This document shows, piece by piece, positions 38,896-49,231 of a DNA stretch of 64,000 nt. Positions within the stretch are counted from its first letter, which is position 1; each line of letters starts with the position of its first letter. Made by a program: the position numbers and the translations under genes. The notes beneath the pieces are model-generated. The model did no database searches, was not told the origin of the DNA, and saw nothing but the letters and a program-made list of their open reading frames with translations. The DNA is taken from assembly GCA_907165135.1 (NCBI GenBank), contig OU015569.1, positions 248,001-312,000 of the forward strand. Reading direction: 5' to 3'. The stretch is from Oikopleura dioica. Its lineage: Eukaryota > Animalia > Chordata.

Positions 38896-39177
38896 AGAAA
38901 ACAGACTCCAGAAATCACCATTCAAAAACAGCTCATATATTCAACCCTCTTTTTCTAACTTGTTTAAATACTATATTTCAAATAAATAAACACACAACCA
39001 AAACTCAAAAAAGGAACAGAAATTATTTCTGGAACTTTCCTGTTCTTTGATTAATACTGTCAGCAAACATACAGTTACTTGCTTTTTACAGTTACAGTCA
39101 GAATACAATTACGTTCTTTAATACAGTCAAAATGCAAGCATGCTTCTTTTAGAAACTTTTAGAGAAAATAGGCTTGA

Positions 39178-39345
39178 AGCCTGTGTTGAAAACCTGACTC
39201 AGGATTTGAAGAGCTTAAATTAAAAGCTGCTCTTCAAATCCTGACTCAGATTTTAAATCCTGACTCAGTTTTCAGACCCTGACTCAGGTTTTGAAACCTG
39301 ACTCAGGTTTTAAATCCTGACTCAGGTTTTCCACACAGGCTGCCA
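39178..39345. repeat. Family-A MITE with a tandem expansion of an approx. 18-bp CCTGACTCAG unit
   Basis: Six CCTGACTCAG units within about 140 bp. Confidence 0.85.
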
Positions 39346-40416
39346 AACCTAGGCCAGAAAGCTTTGAGCAAGATTTTAGCATCTGCTGCTCCGAATAGTT
39401 TCAATAATTACCAGTATTCCCAGGTTATGCAAGAACTATGTAGGAACCGTCTTCTCGCCGTGTCTTTTTCTCCATCGCGTTTTGGGACGGGTATGACGCG
39501 CTGCGGAGGGCGCTCTTGGGCACTTTTTCATCGTTTACCGATTCCTCCCTTTTTTGCGCGCAAAAGATCGCCACAAAATACCCGATTTACATAAAAAAAG
39601 AGCAGCGACAACTCATACAAAATCAACAACTGTCGTTTTTTAATTGTTTTATTCAAAGAGATTTGCGTGAAGATATTATTAATTGAAGAAAAAAGAAGAA
39701 TGATGCATGCTCAAGAAAAAGGAGGTAAGAAAAAAATAAAGCCTGTGTGAAAACCTGAGTCAGGAATTAAAGAAATAAAGATGGTTTTTTGGGAAACCGC
39801 AGGTTTTTTTTGCAACCTGTGTAGAAGACCTAAGTCAGGGTCTGAAAGATTTTTAATCAGAGATTTTTCAGACCCTGACTCAGGTTTTTACACAGGCTGC
39901 CGAGGCCAGGGAAGGGAAGAGCGTGTTTGAATTTGCTGCGAAGTTAGCTTTTTTCTTGGTCTTGTTTTGGTTTTAGTAATTAGGAAGAACGGAACAACTG
40001 TTCAAAATTGTGATTTCAAACAAGGAAGGAGCTCGAATCCTGATTCAATCAAAACCGCGCCACATAAAAAAGAGCTCCAATTCATCTTTCACTTTCTTGT
40101 TTCCCGTAAACAAGGAAGAAGAAGACTAGTCCAGATCCTAACGGGCAACTAAGGAGTAATCGAGTTTACGATCTAAACAAAAAATTATCAGAAAAGGCGC
40201 TGGGCTCCTCGGCAACCTGTGTGGAAAACCTTAGTCAGGGTCAATTTGGAATTTTGGGATTTTTTTTTTGAAAAAAGCGAAATTTATTCTTGAGTTTCTT
40301 TTTGCCCCGCAGCGATAGAGAGGGAATGCGAGGAGAACTAAAGCATTCTTCATTCAGAAAATGAATAGAAGCAGAAGAACATGCGCAGCAAGAATAAAAG
40401 AAGAAGAAGATAAGAA

Positions 40417-43400
40417 ATGAAGTTTTCGGATCTGTTCCGCTTCTGGCGCCTGAAAGAGAGAGGCCACGCGGACATTAATGTCAATGTAAGTTTCACATTC
40501 CATGTTTCATTTTCAAAAGACAAGAAAAAGAGGAGAGGCTCGGTACCAGCCTTTTCTAAAAACGCGAAAAGAGGATTCACTCTTTTCTTATTCTTTTTCT
40601 AAGAAAAAAGATGCACAGAAAAGACTCTGGGCAACTTATTATTAATTTTGAAAGAAAGTAAAAAGCCACTGACGCGCTGAAAGATTAATAGAAGCATCAT
40701 CTTACAAGCGGTTTCTTTTTCTAAAGTGAAGATACTGACTCAGCAATCTTTGGAAAAAACTTGAGTTCGGGTCTGAAAAATCTTGAAAAAAACGCAAAGC
40801 GGCTTTTTTGAAAACAAAGCCGCGTAGCGGCTTCCCAAAATGATCTTTCTTATCAATTTTGAAAGCCTGGCGAAGCCGTCTTGCGGCTTCATATTGAAAA
40901 AAGCCGCTATGCGGCTTTTCATTACAGATCTTTAAGTTTAATTTGTCACTTGAAGATTTTCTTGATAATTCAATTTTTTCTTTGAAAAAGTCAAATTAAA
41001 AGTTTGAAAGCAATCTTAATTAATTTTAGCAATTCTTGGCGACGCGGTCAGAGTACGACATCTCAAGCTCTTGTCAGAGCTCGATCTGGAGCCGGAAGCC
41101 GCGCAAAAGCAAGATTAAAAAGACGAAGCCCGAGCGCCAGAAAAACGAGGTGATCGATTATGACTCTGGCAACTACTCGTCTGGGCAAGGTCAGCTTCCG
41201 AAAATGTCACGCTTCCGCGAGCAGCAGCGATTTTGGGAGACGAAGACGCTTCAGAAAACGCCCAGGCAGAAAAAGTAAGGACGTAGTTGTGTTTTATTTT
41301 GGTTCAGACTTGTTCAGGTAGAAAAATTTTATAAATTAGAATTTTTGCAAATGATGCTAATGAAACTTTTGAAAAGAAAAATGATGCTCTCTTGTTTTCA
41401 AGGCAGGCAGAAGATACTCCGTTAACTTAAGGGGGTGGACATCAATAACAAAATCTTTCCTCAGACTTTTCTCTTTTACTTAGCACAGGTATCCCCTTAT
41501 TTTTTCGGCTAAGGCCTTCAGAACTTAGGGAACTCGATAATGGTTTAGACTTGCTTTTGAGAAAATAAAATAAGGGTGTCAATATGATAGCTTTACGAAA
41601 AAAGTCTCCGGAAAAATCTCGATTATTATTGATATCCATTCCCTTGGAAGAAGAAGTTAGCAGAAGTAGAGCCACTCGCAGGCGTCCTTGGGGTCCAGAC
41701 CGGCGATGAAGTCAGTGATGGATTTCTCGTTGTCGTCATTTCGGAACTTCTAAAAGCCGGAATTAAGATTTAGCAAGGGGGGATTGGAGGCGTGTAATTA
41801 CGGCGTAGCACTGCTTCTGCTCGAAGTTAGGGAGTCCAGCGCAGCCCCAGTTGATCGCGACGGTGTAGATCTGGTGGAAGTGGGTTGGGTCGAACTACAA
41901 TTCCGAATTCAGGACGGACGAGGGTTAGGGTCTTTTACCTTGGCGATGTTGGCGAGATCGGTCATGTAGCTCTGGCAAGGAGTGCAGTGCTCGATCGGGG
42001 TTGGTGGGGTGTAGGGAGCTGAAAGAGGCGTTTTGATTGGCTGGAAGCCATTTGTGAGCATTTTGGTTGGAGGAAAACGAATTTTTACAAAATTAATAAA
42101 GAAAAGAAAAGTAAAAACGGAAGTGTTATTTTTGATAATTTTTCAAAAGGAAGTCGATCTTGCTTTAAAAAAGTACTTACAGACAGAAGCCTGGGCGTAA
42201 GTGTTCTGGCAATAAGTGAGCTCAGCGCACTGGGCCTGGGCGGTGTCGTTGAGGAAAGTGCCGAGAATGCCGGTGAAGAAGGTCGGGTAGAGGATGGTGC
42301 ACTCGTTGTTGTTGCCTCCGTTGGCTTGGCACCAGGCCTGGACCTCGTTTGCCCAGGTCTGGGGCATCTTGTCGTTCAACTCGCACATGTTGAGCACGGC
42401 GTCGTTGAAGCCGATGCAGTTGTTGCACGCTTGGGTTGGCGAGGGCGCCTGGAAATTCGATTAGGGGGCAAAGGGTTAGGTTTTGACCTGGGCGGCGGCG
42501 AGTGCAAAAAGAGTCGCTGCGAAAAATTTCATAATTTGGAACTTTGAAGAAGAGCAATTTGCGCATTCTTCCGTTTAGAGTAGCAGCAGGCCGCTTTCTC
42601 ACCCAGAATGAAAATATTTAGATAAGCAGCTCAATAATTTATCAATTAGATAAGCATTGGAGTTCCAGCACGGCGTGGCACCGTCATAATTGCTGATAAT
42701 TTCAATCAAGGCTCTGACGTCGTATTAACAAGACTTCCTTCTTTTTTTAGATGCAAGGAGTGCACTTCCCGAGACTTGCGGCTGGTCACATGCGACGAGT
42801 GCCAAACGCGCATCAAGGACAGTAACGACCTCATTGTAAGTAAACTCAAAAATACAGTTGTATGTGAGCTCAATTTGAGCTGAGCGCGCAGAGCCAGCTC
42901 AATCAGCTCAATCTGAGCCGGCTCAACTTTTTGGCTCAAACTGAGCTCAGATCGTCAGCCTGCGCAGACAACCTGAGTCAGGTTCTGAAAAGCATAAATG
43001 GCTTTTTATTGAAGCCTTTCAGAACCTGACTCAGATTTTGTACACAGATTCCCGAGTCCAGCTCAGTTTGAGCCAAAAAAGTTGAGCCTGCTCAGACTGA
43101 GCTGATTTGAGCTGGCTCTGCGCGCTCAGCTCAAATTGAGCTCACTACAAAGTTATTTGCAGTGATTTGAGCTTCTGAATTTAGCCGCTCGGCTCACGCA
43201 AGTACCATTGCTCCTGTTTCTGCTGCGTTAGCTGCGGATACAAGCTTCAGCCCTCCTCATCCTTTTTCGTGCTGAACGGGCGCCTAATCCACTGTCATTT
43301 CTGCATGGTTAATGGAATTTTGGCACGCAGGGACTCAACCCCCAGTTCAAATGGTAAGCCTGCTCTCAATTGATTATCGAAAAAATATTGGTAGATCTAT

Positions 43401-46192
43401 ATTCCATTCGAACATATATTTTTGAGACTTTACTAGCAATAATCTATAATATAATATAATATAATAATATATATAATAAATAAGCATCAATAATCATCAT
43501 TTTTAATTTCAAAACTAAGCACACTGACACCCTTATTATTGATATCATGCATGTGATATAGTTCCCTCTAGAACGAATTTTCGTCACGGGGGTGTAGCTC
43601 AAATGGTAGAGCGCTCGCTTAGCATGCGAGAGGTACCGGGATCGATACCCGGCATCTCCACACTTTTTTCCACTTTCAACCCTTTTTCCTCCCTTTTCAG
43701 ACAGCGTCTTCACCTCGACAGCATCGCTGGGCTGCTTGAACGAGCGGAGCGTCGACGCAGCAAGAGCAGTAAGTCTTCTTTTCTTGTGGAATTTACGTTT
43801 GCGTAAATTGCCATTTGTGCGACAATGGGTAATTGCAATCGCTTTACGGCTGCGTAAAATTATTTATAGTGCACCCTCGCGCTATAAATAATTCTTCCTC
43901 TTCAGACAACATTTCAAATCTGATCTGAGCAGAGAGAGAGAGAGCGTCATGTTAAAACTTGTTTTACAGAGGAACTTGAAAAGCGAGCTGCATGTTTCGC
44001 ACTCAAGGGGATCGTCCTTCAAGTCGCGCGCCAGCCGCAGCCGCCAAATCCAAAACGCGAGTTCGAACTTGGACAGCTGCGAGAGCTCATCCGACGAGCC
44101 CGAGCCCTTCCGCTCGCTGCAGCAGATTCCCCAGTCGACCGAGGTCGCCGATTTGCCCGGCTTCCAGCCTGATTTGTCCGACAAGGAGGGTGTTCCTCCC
44201 TCCTCGCGCTTTTCCTCGCCGACTTTGAAGCGCAATCGATCGTTGACAACTGGCAGCCAGATACTCCGAAAGAGACTGCAGCGAAGTTGCAATCTGAACA
44301 GCAACAGCGATACGCGCCGATCATCGGTCGAGCTCTCTTCCCAGCAAAACCACTCGAGAGCAGGGAACAGAGGCGATGGCTACAGCTGCTACAGCTGCCA
44401 CGCGGGCGATCTATCCAGGAGCGAGTCGATGCGCATCGCAGCCACGACCAAGAGTGGATACCCCCTTTGCAGGGTCTTCCGCGAGGCCGAACTCGAAAAG
44501 GGAGAGACCCTTGGGACTGGCTTCTTTGCTACTGCAGTCAAGGTAAGAGATAAAGGACAGTAACAAAGGAGCAATTCGAAATTCAGAGTCCAAGATTGTC
44601 GATTAAAGTTCGTCAATTGATCCAAAGATTGTCGATTTTGAGATCAATTGATCAATAAATTGACAATTTTGGCTCGAATTAACGAAGTTTAATCGACAAT
44701 CTTGGACTCAGAAATTCGAATTTCTTTTTCGACAAAGAGAGTAGACACTCTTATGAACAATTTTGATGTTTAACTGATTCTCACGATAATTGCAAGGTGA
44801 CTCATCGGGACACGAACGAAGTGATGGTTGTAAAACAACTGCACAGCGACTCGACGATCGACCAAGAAGCGTATGCCAACTTTTTGAAGGAAGTAAAGGT
44901 GCTGCGAAGCGTGCAACACCACAACGTACTCCGCTTCATTGGCGTCCTCTACCGCGACGGGGAGTTGAATCTCGTCACCGAATACATCGAATGCGGCACG
45001 CTCAAAAAACTAATCAACAAAGTGACTCCCGAAGGTACTGAAAACAAGCTCGAATAAGAAAAAAAACTAATTTTAAGAGTTCACTTGGCCAAAAAGAATC
45101 GGAATCGCGAGGGACATTTCTGCAGGTCTTGCTTATCTTCACAAAAGAAACATCACCCACAGAGATCTCAATTCCAACAACTGTCTTTTGAAAAAGGTAA
45201 GGTTTTCATCCCTCTAATCTTGGCTCAGCAACCTGTGTGGAAACCTGACTCAGGGTTTCGGACGGTTTTTTTAGCTGTTTCAAGACCCTGACTCAGGTTT
45301 TACTCTAGTTGCCGAGCTTAGATCAAATATACTCTGGGCTCCAAAACCTGTGTGAAAACCTGAGTCAGGGTCCTGAAACAGCTAAAAAAGCCGCTCAGAC
45401 CCCTGACTCAGGTTTCCACACAGGTTGCCGAGCCCAGACGTATGGTGAAAGTGATAAATTTTCAAATTGAAATTAATCATTTGATCTTCAGAACGGTTCC
45501 GTCGTCGTTGCCGACTTCGGCCTGGCACACTGGACAAAGTCGCGTCCGTCTTCCTCGATGAAGCGGCAGCTGCGCTCGTGCGTCGGAAGCCCATTTTGGA
45601 TGGCACCCGAGATGCTCAACGGGCGCGATTATGATAACAAAATTGATATTTTCTCTCTCGGTAAGACGCTTCTTGTCTTCTCGGAGACAGCACTAACGCG
45701 GTTTATAAATAGGGATTATCCTCTGTGAAATAATCGGACGCGTCGATCCCGATCCAGACTTTTTCCCGCGCACAAGTTCCTTTGGAGTCGACATTGCCCA
45801 GTTCTACACGAAATTTGCACTGAAAGAAATGTGCCCAAACTACTTCTTCGCCATTGCCGGATCGGTAAGACTTTTCAACCCCCAAGCGGTCTCAGTTTTC
45901 TTTCAATTCTAGTGCTGCGAAGAAGTTCCATCAAAACGGCCGACTTCTCAAGAACTGCACTCTTGGCACGAGTTGCTTATCCGCCGCGATTCCCTTCCAA
46001 AGGTAAGCCGTAGACAAAAGAGGAACAAGAAATAATCGCCCATTCTAGCTTCCTCTGCCACCCTCGGTCATCGCGGTCCGCGACCGTATTTTCGCCAAAT
46101 ACAACTTGACCGAGCTTCCAATCAAGGAGGAGCTCTCCACCAGCGGCTTCGAGTCCTCCTCCGCCGCCGAGGACGTGTTCTTTAGTTCCTAA
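40417..46192 (+). CDS. LIMK: LIM domain kinase (one complete LIM visible, no PDZ seen)
   Basis: LIM CDECQTRI...YHCSCFCCVSCG...CHFC. Kinase motifs LGTGFFATAVKVTHRDTNEVMVVK, HRDLNSNNCL, VVVADFGLA, FWMAPEMLNGRDYD. The 5-prime exons at 40417 and about 41030 join in phase. Confidence 0.9.
41657..42532 (-). CDS. Secreted protein with two saposin-B-like domains, nested antisense in a LIMK intron (5 exons)
   Basis: Signal peptide MKFFAATLFALAAAQ. Two 6-Cys units: CNNC...WCQANGGNNNEC...QCAELTYC and CTPC...GCAGLPNFEQKQC...ACEWLYFC*. All introns GT-AG and in phase. Confidence 0.85.
42858..43150. repeat. Approx. 290-bp palindrome with TGAGC-rich arms and a family-A core
   Basis: GTGAGCTCAATTTGAGCTGAGCGCGCAGAGCCAGCTC... 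pairs with ...GAGCTGGCTCTGCGCGCTCAGCTCAAATTGAGCTCAC. Confidence 0.85.
43588..43660 (+). tRNA. tRNA-Ala(AGC), intronic in LIMK
   Basis: GGGGGTGTAGCTCAAATGGTAGAGCGCTCGCTTAGCATGCGAGAGGTACCGGGATCGATACCCGGCATCTCCA folds as a cloverleaf with the G3:U70 Ala determinant and AGC anticodon. A T6 terminator follows 3 nt downstream. Confidence 0.95.
44570..44732. mobile_element. MITE family D (AAGATTGTCGAT motifs) in a LIMK intron; relative at about 46930-47050
   Basis: GAGTCCAAGATTGTCGATTAAA...TTTAATCGACAATCTTGGACTC inverted arms. Confidence 0.7.
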
Positions 46193-46803
46193 TTCCAACT
46201 TGAAAAATCCCTGCAAAAGCCGACTCTAGAAACTTCTTCAATGTTTCCTCCCGTTCAACTTCTCCTTCTATCCAACTTATGCCTTATCAATTCAAACAAA
46301 AAATGACGGTTCCGCAATTAACTCAACACAACACTTATTTTTGCCGGGCTCGGCAATCTGTGTAGGTAACCAGAGTCAGGGTCAGAAAGATTAATTGAAA
46401 AGGTAATTCTTTTCATTAGAGATCTTTCAGACCCTGACTCAGGTTTTCTACACAGGTTGCCGAGACCAGTTTAAGGGCGTCAACAACGATGATCCTAACC
46501 CTAACCGTTGTTGACACCCTTAATCATCTTTACTCAACTTCATTTGCCCAAAATACCAACTACGTACTTTCGTTTTATTTTTTCTGTAAAGATATTAAAA
46601 TTTAATAAATAAAAATTCAACAATTTCAAGAAAATTTCAAAAAAGCAGTGGTCGTTTATTTAATTATTATTTAGTAGGTCTAATTTGCGTTAAATTATTA
46701 ATCGTTTTGTTAATAACAACTTTGAATGAAAAGGCAGGTAAAGTGAAGGCTGTGAATTTTCTAGGGAAGAAAACCTAAGAATGATTGATTAGCTTCGTTT
46801 TGA

Positions 46804-48820
46804 TCATGAGCCCATTTTGGCCATGGCCAGTTGCAGGCGGTTTCGTTTTTCTGCTCGTTCGTATACTAGCCAGCGGATTCTGTCGATCTAAACAGACGGT
46901 TATGACTGTAACTGACGATGGGGACTTTTTTGGATCAAGATTGTCGATGAAACTTGCGAAATGGAGCCCGAGATTGTCGATTTTCTCGGTTTTCAGAAAA
47001 TCGACAATCTTGAGCTCTATTTTAAAAGTTACATCAACAATCCTAGATCAAAGAAGGGTACTGTATGTTCTTGTACTTACCACGTACATAAGTCCATGTA
47101 GGACAGAAGCAGCTCCGAAGATGGATACGAAAGCCAGTTGAAAAGTAGTCAAGGGAAGGTACTCGGCTTATCAGTTTCGCCCCACGCAAGAATCGAGTAA
47201 ATCGAGTCGCGGTTTCGCAAATACGCCCAGTAAGTGTTCGCCATGTAGAGCCACCCGTAGCCGTAAAAGATCACACAGTCGCGCTAAAAAGGGGAAATGA
47301 AAAGTGAACCTCTTGGCCTCCGCCTTGGCAAAAAATGACACGGCAAAGGACGCTGGGCGACCGCGGAGGCCACGAAAACGGCAGTTCTGGTCAACCTTGT
47401 GGCCGCGAATCTCAACCGAGAGCCTCAAAAGATCGTAAAAACACACACACCTTTCGGAATCGCACTTCGGAGACAAAATAGGACGTCATCATCACGATAA
47501 CGTTGATTGCATGCTCGTGGATCGACTGCCAGTCCATCGGTCGGTCCCCGAGTAGTCCCCAGAACAGAGCGGATACGATGAAAGCCTGAATTTAATGACA
47601 TAAGCATAAATTATTAAAAACTAGATTTTACTAGATACTTAACATAGTGACACACTTATGTGGACTCGGCAACCTGAGTTGGAAACCTGAGTCAGGGTTC
47701 TGAAACTCAAAATGAAAAGCCGCGTAGCGGCTTTAAGATCGAATCCGCGAAGCGGCTTTGCCAAATTAGCATTCAAAACTGATCAAATTCTAGCTGAACA
47801 CAAATTTGGCAAAGCCGCTTCGCGGATTCGATCTTAAAAGCCGCTACGCGGCTTTTCATTTTGAGTTTCAGAACCCTGACTCAGGTTTCCAACTCAGGTT
47901 GCCGAGCCAAAAAGTTAAGGGAGTCACTGAGTTAATTTTAATTGATTCCAATGTTACCTGAACAACTGCGATTTGCGTGAAAATGTTGTGATAAAACTTC
48001 AAGCTGTCCCTGTCTTCGTCGGGAATGAGGTCCATGAAGAGCGAGAAAAGCAAGTGAAGAAGAATGATGGTCTGTCCCCAGTTGGAGAGAAAGTCGGAAA
48101 AGACATGGACGCCGTCGTAGCTGGGAAACTGAAGCCAGTAGTCGTAGATATAGGCGGGAAACCAGTAGACTGGCGATGGGCTTCTAAAATCGAATGAGAA
48201 CATAATATGAGCTCAGTGTCAAAACAGCGAGTCAAGATAAAGGATTTTGCGATTTTAGAAGCCGCTGCCTAGAAGCAGGAAGTTTACTTTGAGCCGCTGC
48301 TCGCGATGGGTTATAATCCTCACAGGATTTAGGAAATTCGATACTTCAAAAAGTCACTTACTCGCCTTTTGCAAAAACCGTAAACAAAAAAGTTCATCGC
48401 GAGTTCAAAGGCTCGGCAAGCTGTGTAGAAAATCTGACTCAGGGTCTGAAGGAGCTAAAGTGGAAAGCCGCTACCTGAGTCAGGATTTGAAAGGGCTATT
48501 TATGTTGCCTTTTGAAATCGCAAAATTAGCATTCCAATCAATTTTTAAATTCTGGCAAAGCCGCGTTTAAAAAACCGAAACGCGGCTATTCAATAAAGGC
48601 AACAATTAATAGCCCTTTCAAATCCTGACTCAGGTAGCAGCTTCTCATTTTAGCTCGTTCAGACACTGAGTCGGGTTTTCTAAACAGGTATCCGAGCCCA
48701 GCAGAAGATACAGTATCTGCCAGTAAAATTTCCTAAATCTTTCCTTGTGTGGTCATAAATCTTCTGAATTTTCGTCTGTTCATCCTCTTTTTCTACTTTC
48801 TCTTGAGTTTCTGAAGTCAT
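46804..48820 (-). CDS. Rolling-stone-like multi-pass membrane protein (FAR-17a/AIG1-related)
   Basis: FLSNWG, FYHNIFTQIAV, SALFWGLLG, SIHEHAINVIVMMT, IYSILAWG. The junction from the first exon (48820) is uncertain. Confidence 0.7.
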
Positions 48821-49231
48821 TTTTTTTCTGTGATTTCTTCGTTTTTTCTTTCTTTCTTTTGAATTTGTGACAGGAAAGTAGAATTCACGGCTCCTTTTGT
48901 TGGAAAAAAGTAAAATAAAAAAGGCGATCAGAATCACGCGGAATGACGTCACAAATGGCCTTGGGCGTGTATGACTCTCCCTCTTTTAAAATTGAGTCAT
49001 CTTCTGCATCAGTTCTTCTGTAACGGCTGTTAGTTACTGTAACGACTTTTCATATTTGCTAATGCTCTTGGAAAGGTTATTCAAGTTCAGCGAAGCTTTG
49101 AAATTCGATGTTTGTATAAGGAAAGAATTTTTAGTTGGTGGATCTCTTCGTTGATTTCAATTTTTATTTTTACTCGACAGTGAAAAAAATGCTGACAGTG
49201 ACATTAGGGCTTATCCAGTCGGACAAGAAAT

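Noticed and set aside
39195-39330. Regularly spaced CCTGACTCAG units resembling a CRISPR array
   Set aside because: The spacers are about 8 nt and near-identical, there are no cas genes, and the context is eukaryotic. It is a tandem expansion of the MITE core.
37128-42480. TTAGGG/CCCTAA hexamers (37130, 41922, 42472) as interstitial telomeres
   Set aside because: Only one or two units each, and those in saposin introns are better explained as CTAAC branch points.
43603-43806. ORFs overlapping the tRNA (43603-43806 plus, 43444-43713 minus)
   Set aside because: Spurious translations of the tRNA and its flanks. The real LIMK exon at 43701 is read in another frame.
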